Assembly (NCBI GenBank): GCA_017134395.1
Contig: CP070993.1
Coordinates: 398,199-462,198 of the forward strand
DNA: 64,000 nucleotides
DNA from: Candidatus Kaiserbacteria bacterium
GTDB lineage: Bacteria > Patescibacteriota > Minisyncoccia > Phycocordibacterales > UBA2100
Direction: 5' to 3'
The position numbers and the translations under genes were made by a program. Of this stretch, positions 49,780 through 59,634 are shown piece by piece. The stretch's first letter is position 1. Each line of letters opens with the position of its first letter. The notes beneath the pieces are model-generated. The model did no database searches, was not told the DNA's origin, and saw nothing but the letters and a program-made list of their open reading frames with translations.

Positions 49780-50289
49780 TTACACGTCGAGTGTGACGGC
49801 TTTTCTATCCAGATACAGCGAAAGGAATGTCTCCTCAGCAGGATCATCGTAAGAAAGTCCACACAGTTCTGAAACTCGATCTTCATCAAGAAACCATGCT
49901 GCGGCAGCAATAATCGACAACGCGTACAAACGCGCCCTCGAAGACATCTCTCCGCACACCTTCTCCAAGTCTGAAATTGCATCTGAAGAAAGCACCTTTT
50001 CACAGAGGTCTCTATTCAGATCTTCAAAGGGACAACGTAAAATGAAAGCTCGAAAAACCTTATCATTACACTCATGTCTCCGAGCATTTTTTTCCACAAC
50101 CCGTCCGATCTCAACCCACGCTTTTCTTGCCTCTTCTCCTTTTTCTTCGGAGGTTAAAAACATAAGAGTATGCATCGCCAAGCCACGTTGTGATACCGAA
50201 TACCCAGAATCAATAGCGAAGCTCAAGACAGTGCAAAGATGCATATTTCTCAGCTTCGAGGGATATCTATAGTCTGCAATTGAACGCAT
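49780..50289 (-). CDS. Hypothetical protein
   Basis: Likely start MRSIADY after GGAG; upstream extension overlaps another gene. Confidence 0.5.
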   Translation of the reverse strand: MRSIADYRYPSKLRNMHLCTVLSFAIDSGYSVSQRGLAMHTLMFLTSEEKGEEARKAWVEIGRVVEKNARRHECNDKVFRAFILRCPFEDLNRDLCEKVLSSDAISDLEKVCGEMSSRARLYALSIIAAAAWFLDEDRVSELCGLSYDDPAEETFLSLYLDRKAVTLDV

Positions 50290-50405
50290 CTTCTTTCTCC
50301 GCTTTTGGGAACTTGCTACAGTTGAGTATACATATACATACTTGGAGCACAACAATAAACGCCTCACAAATGTGAGGCGTTTATTGTACATGTGAATTCC
50401 AGGGC

Positions 50406-50798
50406 TTAGACACCGAGTCCGAATCCAACGTATACGAGGTATAGTCCTGCGGCAACTGCTACAACACCAGCAAGAACTGCAAGGTTGCGATTCCGTCCAA
50501 ATGCTTTTGCTTGGCTTATCATCATGTTTGGTACAAAGAAAATAGCGATTCCCTTTATTACCATAGCCCAACCAACTAGTGTAGGAATAACACGCCATGA
50601 TGCTTCCCAGACATTGTGGTTAAGCACAATGAGTAGACCGAGGATGAATACCATCGCTCCTGTTACGAACATGAGCGCTTTGTTGTTGCTCAAGTCGTCA
50701 ACGATGTTCACGATAAACTTCTTTCTTGTCAGAATGACCACACCCTCCAATAGAAGGTAGAGACCGATTAACTGAGCAAGTAGTAGTGAAATGTCCAT
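50406..50798 (-). CDS. Integral membrane protein (4 TM)
   Basis: GL.IV..HNVW...W...T..GW....KG pattern. Confidence 0.75.
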   Translation of the reverse strand: MDISLLLAQLIGLYLLLEGVVILTRKKFIVNIVDDLSNNKALMFVTGAMVFILGLLIVLNHNVWEASWRVIPTLVGWAMVIKGIAIFFVPNMMISQAKAFGRNRNLAVLAGVVAVAAGLYLVYVGFGLGV

Positions 50799-50888
50799 AG
50801 TATTAATACTTACCTAATAATGTACTTTAAGTGTAGCACGGGCTGTTTTTACGCAACCTTCAGCTGTGGGGAACTTTTGGTAATAGTT

Positions 50889-51353
50889 TTAGTTGAATTC
50901 TACCTTTGCGTAGTTAAATAATACGCTAAACGGTACGCACCAGTGTAATATGAATGGATAGTCTTCTAGATTCACCCCATCAGGTAATTCATAGTTTATG
51001 CTCCCTTCTGTCCCTTTAATTGGCCCGAGATCAATAAATTCTTTTCCATCTTTATCTTTTGCTAAGTAGAGATGTAGATTGGGCCCGTTGATTGTTTTAA
51101 AATTCTCAAACCGTAAAAAACGTTTTCCGTCGCCTTCAAAAACAGAGACCGTGCCTTGGGCAGGATGGCCAAACGTTTCGTGTATTTCAAAAGGTCCATC
51201 CATAGCATATACCACCCCACCGTCTTCTGGTTCTTGCATAAAGGATTCAGGCAATGAGTCATTTACCTCGACGACATTAAAGAGAGGTGAAATGAAATAA
51301 TAAGACGCTATAGCGAAGATTGTTACGATAATGAGACTGATGATTTTTTTCAT
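50889..51353 (-). CDS. DM13 domain protein
   Basis: H.AQG.V, LRFENF....GP.L..YL, LG..KG..G..NY, WC..F.V.F. Confidence 0.85.
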   Translation of the reverse strand: MKKIISLIIVTIFAIASYYFISPLFNVVEVNDSLPESFMQEPEDGGVVYAMDGPFEIHETFGHPAQGTVSVFEGDGKRFLRFENFKTINGPNLHLYLAKDKDGKEFIDLGPIKGTEGSINYELPDGVNLEDYPFILHWCVPFSVLFNYAKVEFN

Positions 51354-51403
51354 GATTGTAATGATAACAAAAAACGTTGCAAAATATGCAACTTTTTTTG
51401 CTA

Positions 51404-51543
51404 GGGCGAACGATGGGACTCGGCGCCAGTACTAAGCTCGTTCCTCGCTAAGTACTCGCTGCCCCGCCGCTTTCGACAAGCCTGACTTCGCTTGGCTACG
51501 TCATCTTGTATACCGAAAGCTTTTTTCGAGTCCCATCGCTCGC
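51404..51543. repeat. Structured element bounded by direct and inverted copies of tRNA-His 3' end
   Basis: 51404-51422 identical to 51591-51609; 51527-51543 is an inverted copy with 1 mismatch. Confidence 0.7.
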
Positions 51544-51588
51544 TTCCAAAATGCACAAAACCCAAGGCGATGCCTTGGGTTTATATTT

Positions 51589-51665
51589 TGGGGCGAACGA
51601 TGGGACTCGAACCCACGACAACCTGAACCACAATCAGGGGCTCTACCAACTGAGCTACGTCCGCC
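51589..51665 (-). tRNA. tRNA-His (GUG)
   Basis: G-1, cloverleaf, anticodon loop TT-GTG-GT, encoded CCA. Confidence 0.95.
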
Positions 51666-51715
51666 ATATCTTGAACCTGCTATATATACCAAATTTTGAC
51701 CCTTTTAGCGAGTAG

Positions 51716-52273
51716 TTACTTCACATAACTTGGCGGAGTATCTTGTATATCACACTTATGGTTCACAAAGCGTACCAGAGCATACAATAAAGAAGAGAGT
51801 CTATTGGCATACGTAAGCGTATGTGCCGATATGTTTGTTCCCTCTTCTACAGCGCGCACCAAGCTCCTTTCTGCCCTCCTAGAAACAGTGCGTGCAATGT
51901 CTAACCGAGCCGAGAGTTCGTTACCGCCTGGGACAAAGAATGTGGTTATCTCGGGAAGCTGTTCGTCAATAACCGCAATAAGTGCTTCTATATCTTTCAC
52001 GTTCTTTGCAGGAATTTTTTTCTTAGCACCTGCAAGCTCCGCCTGAATAGTAAAAAGATGCTCCTGAACATCTAACAAAATTGCACTCGTTGTTTTTTCT
52101 CCCACCAGCCAATCAATAGCACACACAACACGACACCACCCCACAACCGTATTGAGCTCGTCAAACGTACCCAGCGCCTCAAAAACTGCTGCACTTTTGG
52201 GTATGCGCTCTCCTGCTTTTGTGTCAAAAAGCTTTGTAGTACCTTCGTCTCCCTTTCCTGTGTAGAGTGCCAT
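51716..52273 (-). CDS. ATP:cob(I)alamin adenosyltransferase (PduO type)
   Basis: YTGKGD.G.T.L, G..DELN, F..PGG, ARTV.RRAER, NRLS. Confidence 0.9.
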   Translation of the reverse strand: MALYTGKGDEGTTKLFDTKAGERIPKSAAVFEALGTFDELNTVVGWCRVVCAIDWLVGEKTTSAILLDVQEHLFTIQAELAGAKKKIPAKNVKDIEALIAVIDEQLPEITTFFVPGGNELSARLDIARTVSRRAERSLVRAVEEGTNISAHTLTYANRLSSLLYALVRFVNHKCDIQDTPPSYVK

Positions 52274-52358
52274 AGAGTGAGTATACTATAGCTCAAAGGA
52301 CAAAAGATAGCTTTCGCATTGCTAAAGTACTAAAAGTCGTTAAAATACGCAGTTAGTT

Positions 52359-52442
52359 GCTCAGGTGGCGGAATTGGTAGACGCGCTACCTTGAGGGGGT
52401 AGTGCCTGTATGGGCGTGCTGGTTCAACTCCAGTCCTGAGCA
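52359..52442 (+). tRNA. tRNA-Leu (GAG)
   Basis: Cloverleaf with long variable arm, CTACC-TTGAGGG-GGTAG. Confidence 0.95.
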
Positions 52443-52479
52443 CAAAATAAACAAAAGAGCGCCAATGGCGCTCTTTTGT

Positions 52480-53121
52480 TTATCCTTCTTTCTTTTCTTC
52501 TGGTTGTTCTTCCTCTTTTGTTTCTTCTTCAGCTTTTGGAGCTTCTTCTGTTACCTCTTCTTCTGTTTCTAGAGCTTCTTCTTCTGTTTTAGTTTCCTCT
52601 GTTGCGTCTTCTGTAGATTCTACCTCTTCAGCTGGGGCTTCTGCTGCTGCCTTTGCTTCTTCCTCTTCTTGTCGTGCAGCTTCCTCTTCTTGTCGCTTAG
52701 TTTCTTCGGCTTCTGCTACCTTACGTTCAGCTTCTAATTCGAGCGAGCCTTTTGTAGAAACACCTGACATAGTAGTTCGTCGGAATACACGCTTCAGTTC
52801 TCGAGCAACCTTGTCTCGAATAAAGTAAAGCTTTGCTCGGCGAACCTTTGATCGCTTCACGATTTCAATCTTGTCGATTGATGGCATGTACAGTGGAAAA
52901 ATCTTTTCAACACCTACACCGTTTGTCACTTTTCGTACGGTAAATGTACCTCCAGCTTCGTTTCCGTGCTTTCGTGCAAGTACTAAGCCTTCAAATGCCT
53001 GTAAACGTGTCTTGCCTTTTTCTTCAATTTTTAACCATACGCGAACAGTGTCCCCGGCTTTAATACCGAGCTCTGCGCGTTCTTTCATGTCCACTGGACT
53101 GGTAACTACTTTGTTCTTCAT
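52480..53121 (-). CDS. rplS: 50S ribosomal protein L19 with long acidic tail
   Basis: GDTVRV..KI.E..K.RLQAFEG.V, FTVRK...[13 protein letters not shown]. Confidence 0.95.
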   Translation of the reverse strand: MKNKVVTSPVDMKERAELGIKAGDTVRVWLKIEEKGKTRLQAFEGLVLARKHGNEAGGTFTVRKVTNGVGVEKIFPLYMPSIDKIEIVKRSKVRRAKLYFIRDKVARELKRVFRRTTMSGVSTKGSLELEAERKVAEAEETKRQEEEAARQEEEEAKAAAEAPAEEVESTEDATEETKTEEEALETEEEVTEEAPKAEEETKEEEQPEEKKEG

Positions 53122-53163
53122 AATGCGCGGAACTTTACCATAGCTAAACGGTTCAGGCAACGT

Positions 53164-53889
53164 CTATTCGCCTAGTGCCGTTATAAAATCAGCCGGTAGC
53201 GGTGCTGTAAAGGTTGTAGTATTGCCCTGTCCGGTTGGAATGTCGAGAGAATAAGCATGTAAAGCCAGGCGGTTAAAACCAAGCGCACACGCTCGTTTTG
53301 GCGCGTAAAGTTTGTCACACACTATTGGGTGGTGAATTGCCTTTAAATGCACTCTCAATTGATGTGTGCGCCCTGTAGTGGGTGTTAGGTTCAGATAGGT
53401 AAACATTTCTCCCTTCTCTTCAAATGACTTAAGCACTTCCCATAGAGTATGCGCTTCACGTTGTACTCCTCGACTTCCGGGTTGTGCCGACCATTTACGA
53501 AAATCTGTTTTGCTTTTGCCAATCGGGCGATTTATTTCACCTTCACTTTCTTTGAATGTGTCGTATGCAAATGCACGATAAGTCTTTTTAATTGTTCTCT
53601 CTTGAAATTGTTCCTTGAGAAACTCGAAAGCGTCCTGAGTTTTTGCAATAACCATCACGCCACTCGTTTCTCTATCGAGCCGGTGTACGATACCAGGACG
53701 TAAAATAGTTTCTCCTTTTTCATTTTCCCACGGCTCTCCTACGTTTTGTATATCTGGATATTTTGCAATAAGCCAATCGGCAAGCGTAGATTCTTTTGTG
53801 CGTCCGTCACCATGTACTACTAAACCTGCTGGCTTATTGATAACCAACATCCTTTCGTCTTCATGTATAACAGTGGGATTATTTTCCAT
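53164..53889 (-). CDS. RluA/RluD-family pseudouridine synthase
   Basis: NKPAGLVVH, RPGIVHRLDRETSG, TGRTHQLRVH. Confidence 0.92.
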   Translation of the reverse strand: MENNPTVIHEDERMLVINKPAGLVVHGDGRTKESTLADWLIAKYPDIQNVGEPWENEKGETILRPGIVHRLDRETSGVMVIAKTQDAFEFLKEQFQERTIKKTYRAFAYDTFKESEGEINRPIGKSKTDFRKWSAQPGSRGVQREAHTLWEVLKSFEEKGEMFTYLNLTPTTGRTHQLRVHLKAIHHPIVCDKLYAPKRACALGFNRLALHAYSLDIPTGQGNTTTFTAPLPADFITALGE

Positions 53890-54565
53890 AACGGCGGTCG
53901 CGTTGTGCGTACTGCTCTAGAATGTCCTGTAATTCCTGTTTTGTAAATGCAGGCCAATAGGTATCGGTAAAAAAGAGTTCAGCATAGGCACCTTGCCAAA
54001 GCAAAAAGTTTGAAAGGCGCTTCTCGCCACCTGTACGAATAATAATGTCAGGATCTGGCATACCAACGCTCCACATGTGGCTTTTTAATGTGTCCTCAGT
54101 AACCTCGTCTTCATTTTCTATAAGCTTTTTAACTGCCTCTATTATTTCTAACCTACCACCATATGAAGCACAGATCCATACATGAAAATCATCATTCTCT
54201 TTTGTTTCATCTTCTAACTTCTCAAGATTCTTCTGAATATCGTTAGGGAAACGCGTCATGTCACCAATAAAATGAAGTCGTGCCCCCTCGTCTTTCAGTC
54301 TGGCAAACGCGTCATTAATTGCAGTTTGAAATAATTCCATTAAATATGAAACTTCTGCCTCAGCTCTGTTCCAGTTTTCAGTCGAAAGCATGTACACGGC
54401 AAAATGTTTTATGCCTAGTTCATGCGCCGCATGTGCAATAGTATCAAAATTTCCCAGACCCTTCTTATGACCCTCAAGACTTGGAAGCCCCTGTTCTTTC
54501 GCCCATCGACGATTGCCGTCCATTATTACTCCTACGCACTGTGGTGTTTTTTGCTCCATAATCAT
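53879..54565 (-). CDS. uppS: Undecaprenyl diphosphate synthase
   Basis: IMDGNRRWA, STENW.R, YGGR.EI, IRTGGE.RLSNFLLWQ. Confidence 0.96.
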   Translation of the reverse strand: MIMEQKTPQCVGVIMDGNRRWAKEQGLPSLEGHKKGLGNFDTIAHAAHELGIKHFAVYMLSTENWNRAEAEVSYLMELFQTAINDAFARLKDEGARLHFIGDMTRFPNDIQKNLEKLEDETKENDDFHVWICASYGGRLEIIEAVKKLIENEDEVTEDTLKSHMWSVGMPDPDIIIRTGGEKRLSNFLLWQGAYAELFFTDTYWPAFTKQELQDILEQYAQRDRRYGK

Positions 54566-54632
54566 TGAAATATACTAAAGTGTCTATATAATGCCAGAAT
54601 CGCTTCTAATAAGAAGTTGATGCAAACGACAA

Positions 54633-54706
54633 GGGCGTTTAGCTCAGTTGGCTAGAGCAACTCGTTTACACCGAGTAGGCCGGGGGTTCGAGTCCCTCAA
54701 CGCCCA
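54633..54706 (+). tRNA. tRNA-Val (UAC)
   Basis: Cloverleaf, ACTCG-TTTACAC-CGAGT. Confidence 0.95.
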
Positions 54707-54766
54707 CAAAAAAAGCTGTTGGAAAACCAACAGCTTTTTAACGTCTCTTTGGGTCTCAAGATTGAC

Positions 54767-55204
54767 TCAATGACTCACATCACCGCACGTAGTACATACA
54801 TTGTCCCGATACACACCAGGACAATTTTTACTGACGTGCACTGACCCATAAAAAACAACGTCATTCACGATCTGAGCTATACCAGCAAGCAAAGGAGATG
54901 ACTCGGAACCCACTTCCATAGGTTCTGTCGGTTCAAAAATGCTTCCGGCGATATACCCCTTGCCAGCTTCACGCCATTCTTCTGACACTTTAGAAACAAC
55001 GATGTATTTCTTGCCTGTTTGACGTGCTGGCAACATCACGACAGATTCGGGTTCACCTTCAACAAAGAAATCTCCTACAGGAACTTTGGCCTGCCGCTCT
55101 AGATTTCGAAGACAATCCTCAAGAGTATCTCCTTGAACCTCGAGTCGTAGATGCTGCGGAGGATGAAAAACCTTGTGAATAATAGAAGTAATTGTTTGTA
55201 ACAT
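54767..55204 (-). CDS. Hypothetical protein
   Basis: 145-aa ORF ending in C-x7-CxxC. Confidence 0.55.
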   Translation of the reverse strand: MLQTITSIIHKVFHPPQHLRLEVQGDTLEDCLRNLERQAKVPVGDFFVEGEPESVVMLPARQTGKKYIVVSKVSEEWREAGKGYIAGSIFEPTEPMEVGSESSPLLAGIAQIVNDVVFYGSVHVSKNCPGVYRDNVCTTCGDVSH

Positions 55205-55379
55205 TAACCTATTCCCTTTCTTGTGAACTGTTTCTATTGTCTTTTATACATCGGCAAATAATGCTGGTCAATGCTTGTCGGAAACAAAACCTCAACACAT
55301 TGCCTTCTTTCTTCTTTTAACCTATTGTTCTGTTCAGAACGCACCGAATATATCGGCTGCGGTATATATGGAGAAAATC

Positions 55380-56042
55380 ATGACTATTTGGAAAAGCCAA
55401 GTAGGGATTCAACGTCTGAAAGAAGCAGGAGCATTCTTCACTGGCCACTTTGTTCTAACGGGAGGAAAACATTCCGATTTTTATATCGATTGTGCACAAG
55501 CACTTCGAAGTTCACGTCTTTGCGAATTCTTCGGTTCAACAATCGCCCACCAATTGGAAGATCGCGGCGTTGAAATCGATGTTATCGTGACTCCAGCTGA
55601 AAACGCGATACCGCTTGGATCTTATGTTGCAAACCGTTTGACGAAGCTCTACCGTTATGAAAGAGAGCCTCGAACGGTCATCGCGAGCAAAGGTGAAGAC
55701 AAAAGTTTCGTTTTCAAGCGTGGCGGAGATCAAGAAGTTGATGGTAAGAAAGTCGTTGTGGTGGAAGACCTTTGGTCAACTGGCGGCAGTACCAAGAAAG
55801 TTGTCGAACTCATTCGTAAACATGGTGGCGAAGTTACTGCGGTCGCAGCAATCGTTAATCGTGGAAATGTTGGGTCGAAAGACCTCGGCAATCCTCCCGT
55901 ATTTTTCTCGCTTGTTTCGGTTGCTGGGATTCCTTTCTCAGAGAATGATTGTCAGTTGTGCAAAGAAGCCGTGCCTATTGATATGGATCACGGACACGGT
56001 CCTGCATGGCTTGCAAAACATCCCGACTATCCCGTCGCTTAA
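55380..56042 (+). CDS. pyrE: Orotate phosphoribosyltransferase-like protein
   Basis: GHFVLTGGKHSDFYID, PRPP motif VVVVEDLWSTGGS; GGAG SD before 55380. Confidence 0.8.
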   Translation: MTIWKSQVGIQRLKEAGAFFTGHFVLTGGKHSDFYIDCAQALRSSRLCEFFGSTIAHQLEDRGVEIDVIVTPAENAIPLGSYVANRLTKLYRYEREPRTVIASKGEDKSFVFKRGGDQEVDGKKVVVVEDLWSTGGSTKKVVELIRKHGGEVTAVAAIVNRGNVGSKDLGNPPVFFSLVSVAGIPFSENDCQLCKEAVPIDMDHGHGPAWLAKHPDYPVA

Positions 56043-56172
56043 AGAAAATCCTGTTCTTTTAAAACCCGTTGAGCTTACGCTCAACGGGTTTTTCTTGTGC
56101 TTTCTACTTTTTTCGTCTATGGTTTCCCGTAGGACATGCTTTCTGTAAGCATGAAAACAGGAGGACACAAGT

Positions 56173-56643
56173 ATGTCAAAGCCCCAAGATCTGGTCACGA
56201 CTGCGACCTTGGAAATGCTGCGTCAAATCGACGTCATCGGAAGTCGCATTTCTTCAATGGAATGGAACGAGTCTGCGTCAAATATCCTGCAGAAAATGAT
56301 TGATATGGATGTGGTCAAAGAAAAAGACGTCTTGGAGGTTCTTCACGAGCGCCTTTTGGAAATCGGTCGAGAATCGTTCAACGAGCACAGAGATCGCGGC
56401 ACAGCACCTGATCATACGTATTCGCCAGAAGCACTCGCTTATGCAATGCGAGAGGACGAATTCACTGAAAAAGAAGTCTCTCGCATTGCATTTGATCATG
56501 AGAAGAATGCTTTTGAGTTTGTTGAGAAGCAACTCAAAGGGAAAGAAGATTTTTCAAAGATTGTACTCAATCAACTTTTGGAATACAGAGATCGTTCTGC
56601 GTCGATGCACAAAGACTCGCTGAAAGTATGTGTGGATCACTGA
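56173..56643 (+). CDS. Hypothetical protein
   Basis: 156-aa ORF with AGGAGG SD and downstream hairpin. Confidence 0.6.
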   Translation: MSKPQDLVTTATLEMLRQIDVIGSRISSMEWNESASNILQKMIDMDVVKEKDVLEVLHERLLEIGRESFNEHRDRGTAPDHTYSPEALAYAMREDEFTEKEVSRIAFDHEKNAFEFVEKQLKGKEDFSKIVLNQLLEYRDRSASMHKDSLKVCVDH

Positions 56644-56723
56644 TTCAAACAAAAACCCAAAGTGGTCTCGCAAAAAAGAGCCGAAGTAATTCGGCTCTTT
56701 TTCTTATTTATACATATTCATTC

Positions 56724-57740
56724 TCAAAACAATCCGAACAACTTCCCGATGAAGAATATGTACACCAATACATAAAACGCTCCTTCGTATGAGTGAATGC
56801 GTTTAGACATACCAGAGATAACGAAGAACACTGTTGCAACAACCATCATGGGTATACCTAATGCGAGTGTTGCGGGATCTACCGGCAGTGTTGCAAAGAG
56901 CCCTGGTAATCCGAGCACTAAAAGAATATTAAAAATGTTTGACCCAAAAATGTTACCGAGTGCTACCTCGTGCTTGCCTTGTCTTGCTGCTTTTATAGAA
57001 ACGGCAAGTTCAGGAAGCGATGTACCAACAGCAACAGCAACCAGAGAAATGGCACCGACTCCAATAGCTAAAATTGAGGAGATACTTAATACCGACTGCA
57101 CCAAATATCGCCCTCCTAACACTAAGGCTAGAAGACCGACTGCGAGCCATACAAAATCTCGTACGGTAAGTTTGTCAGTAGCCTCTGTTTTTGGGTCATC
57201 CCCAAAGTTCATAATCTCAACGCCGCCGTGCCGTCTTCTAAATGAAAAAAGCTGTTTCACATCACCATTCTCTGAAATACCACCGTTTCGAATTGAGTAT
57301 GCAAGAAATACAATAAATGATAGGAGCAAGAAACCTGACTCAATGGGAGTGACCGCTCCATCAATCATAGTGAGTACACTAAAAGCAGTTGCGAGTGTGA
57401 GAAGTGGGATATCAAGATCAACAAGGTTCTTGCTCACGGCTAACTTGCCTCCGACCATAGCTGAAAGTCCAACGATAAGAAGAACATTGGCAATGTTAGA
57501 ACCAACGACGTTTGCTGCAACAATTTCATTTGCTCCTTGTATGATTGCGGCAAACGCAGATACAAGTTCAGGGAGGGATGTTCCCAGTCCCACAATAACA
57601 ACACCCACAACAAAAGAAGAGAGCCCTATTCGAAGTCCTATTTTTTCTGCACTATCGAGAAACCAGTCCGCGCCTTTTACTACCAAAAACAGTGATGCAA
57701 CAAAAACAGCGCTCCATAGTATTAATTCCATACGCATCAC
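56724..57740 (-). CDS. Calcium/sodium antiporter (YrbG/CaCA family)
   Basis: Two alpha repeats GTSLPEL...GSNIAN and GTSLPEL...GSNIFN. Confidence 0.93.
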   Translation of the reverse strand: MMRMELILWSAVFVASLFLVVKGADWFLDSAEKIGLRIGLSSFVVGVVIVGLGTSLPELVSAFAAIIQGANEIVAANVVGSNIANVLLIVGLSAMVGGKLAVSKNLVDLDIPLLTLATAFSVLTMIDGAVTPIESGFLLLSFIVFLAYSIRNGGISENGDVKQLFSFRRRHGGVEIMNFGDDPKTEATDKLTVRDFVWLAVGLLALVLGGRYLVQSVLSISSILAIGVGAISLVAVAVGTSLPELAVSIKAARQGKHEVALGNIFGSNIFNILLVLGLPGLFATLPVDPATLALGIPMMVVATVFFVISGMSKRIHSYEGAFYVLVYIFFIGKLFGLF

Positions 57741-57777
57741 TATAGCATGATTATACGGCTATGCTTGAAGCTGCTTT

Positions 57778-57856
57778 ACTTAAACACCTCAGCCAATTGA
57801 GCGATTAATTTTTCTTAATACGTAGTGTTTAGAAATAATGGAAGTACTCTCGTGGT
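57778..57856. repeat. 79-bp direct repeat, copy 1
   Basis: 77/79 identical to 58844-58922. Confidence 0.9.
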
Positions 57857-57871
57857 GGCGTTCGAGTGCTT

Positions 57872-58795
57872 CTACATTCTTTCGAATCCTAAGTGCTCCA
57901 CCCATTTCCGTAAAATTTCTTTTCCTTCGTCAGTATAGTATGAACGCATGCGAAACTGAGCATCAAAATCAATTTGATCTTCAATCGGAACATGTTTCGT
58001 AGGAATCTTCTTAAATGCTTCTACAAAATCTTCTCCGTAAGAATTTCTAAAAAATTCCTCGAATTCTGGGTTGTTTAAAAATTCGCCTTCAAACATACCG
58101 CGTACCATGCCGCGCCATGCAGTCCCTTCTTGAACACCTGCATAGGTATCAATTCGAGATGCAATATCAGCGACAAAAGCAACCCACCTTACATAAGTCC
58201 TTCGCAAAGCATTTGTTACACTTTCTGCCATTTCTTTTGAAATACCAGAACGCTTTGCATATTCCATAGAAACCTGTTGTGCAAGGCGTTCTGTCACACC
58301 TTCATTAAAAGCAGCTCCGATTCCTTCACCTTGATCGTACCCAACGCGTGCTTTTAATCCCTCCGTTTCTATGTATGAAGTAGCATGTATTAACTCATGC
58401 ACGAATGTATGTATAAGTGCTGCCTTACTACTCTCACGCAAATGCGTACTTGAAAAAGAAATTTTGTTCATATCAGGGTGATAAGCTCCTATTGCAGACC
58501 CCTCTGGGGTAATAATCACCTGCTTGTCTAAAGATATCTTATTTAAAACAGATGTATCTACACCTGATTTTCTTGCAACTTCTTCAAGAATTCCCCACAG
58601 TAATGCATAGTCCAATTCTTCTTTAAATTTCTCAAGGCTTTCTTTAGCATCAGGATTCTCTTTTATTTCTTGCTTATTCTGTTTCGTATATATCCTTTCG
58701 ATAACTTTTGCTCTTGTCTTTTCTGGCCATGCTGAATTATCATGCCTACCTCCTCTTTTTTTGAGCTCTTTTTTAAAGGAAAATTTTTCGAACAT
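57872..58795 (-). CDS. Zinc metallopeptidase-like protein (gluzincin motif)
   Basis: HELIH followed by FNEGVTE. Confidence 0.7.
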   Translation of the reverse strand: MFEKFSFKKELKKRGGRHDNSAWPEKTRAKVIERIYTKQNKQEIKENPDAKESLEKFKEELDYALLWGILEEVARKSGVDTSVLNKISLDKQVIITPEGSAIGAYHPDMNKISFSSTHLRESSKAALIHTFVHELIHATSYIETEGLKARVGYDQGEGIGAAFNEGVTERLAQQVSMEYAKRSGISKEMAESVTNALRRTYVRWVAFVADIASRIDTYAGVQEGTAWRGMVRGMFEGEFLNNPEFEEFFRNSYGEDFVEAFKKIPTKHVPIEDQIDFDAQFRMRSYYTDEGKEILRKWVEHLGFERM

Positions 58796-58843
58796 AGTGT
58801 GGTTAGTATAACAAACTAGAACGCTTATACTGTGCGTCGTTTG

Positions 58844-58922
58844 ACTTAAACGCCTCAGCCAATTGAGCGATTAATTTTTCTTAATACGTAGTGTTTAGAA
58901 ATAATGGAAGTACTCTTGTGGT
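58844..58922. repeat. 79-bp direct repeat, copy 2
   Basis: 77/79 identical to 57778-57856. Confidence 0.9.
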
Positions 58923-59197
58923 AACCCCGGCTCGCCCATTCTCCTGGTTAGTCGAACATGACTCCGCCCGACACAACATCAAAAAAAGAAAGCAGTTTTT
59001 GTTTGTGACCACTGATCACTAAACTCATACTTCGTCCTTCGGACTTGTATTTACTAAGTGTCTTTGGTCTGGGCTCAACTGTCTTCGCTTCGCTCATACA
59101 TGTTTCCGCCTGACACCGATATACGCAAGCAAAGCAGTTTGCTTGCTAAACGAAAACACTTTGCGCTAGTAGCGCAAAGTGTTTTCGTTTACATCGG

Positions 59198-59269
59198 TGT
59201 CCCCACTAGGAGTCGAACCCAGATCGAGAGGATAGAAGCCTCTTGTTTTATCCATTAAACTATGGGGAC
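59198..59269 (-). tRNA. tRNA-Arg (UCU)
   Basis: GTCCCCA...AGAGG-CTTCTAT-CCTCT...GGTTCGACTCC...TGGGGACA. Confidence 0.93.
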
Positions 59270-59580
59270 TTTTTTACAAACGTTTTACCAAAACATCCAA
59301 ATTGCACATATGTCTTCCTTCTATGACAATTAGCACATCTGATTTCACATTTTTTTATTTCGGTTAAAACTGAATCCCAAGAATAATGTCCAGACAACAT
59401 TTTTGCAACAGATTTAAATTTTTCGGATGGATTGATGTGATCAAACTCTAGAACTATCGGGTCCTTCTCTTCACAATCTATACACTGTCTACTAGATAAG
59501 AAATCTAGCACCTTTTCTCTGATACGAATCCTGTGCCTCTTTTGTGCAGCATATAAGTCCTCTCTTCTTTTATAGACCAT
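59260..59580 (-). CDS. Small HNH endonuclease
   Basis: C..C.E.D..VLEFDH, CEIRCANCHRRKT. Confidence 0.85.
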   Translation of the reverse strand: MVYKRREDLYAAQKRHRIRIREKVLDFLSSRQCIDCEEKDPIVLEFDHINPSEKFKSVAKMLSGHYSWDSVLTEIKKCEIRCANCHRRKTYVQFGCFGKTFVKKSP

Positions 59581-59634
59581 ACGAAAGATTATAGCACGCA
59601 GTTCTAACCTTTTTAACCAAGCGCTGAAAACCCC

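Noticed and set aside
50290-50598. Cys-rich N-terminal extension of ORF 49780-50598
   Set aside because: Overlaps a real membrane gene in another frame and crosses a terminator; true start likely 50289
56797-57750. 317-aa plus-strand ORF
   Set aside because: Antisense shadow of the Ca/Na antiporter
57778-58922. 79-bp repeats as CRISPR, attC or dif
   Set aside because: Only two copies ~1 kb apart; no attC RYYYAAC/GTTRRRY ends; no XerD-arm TTATGTTAAA match
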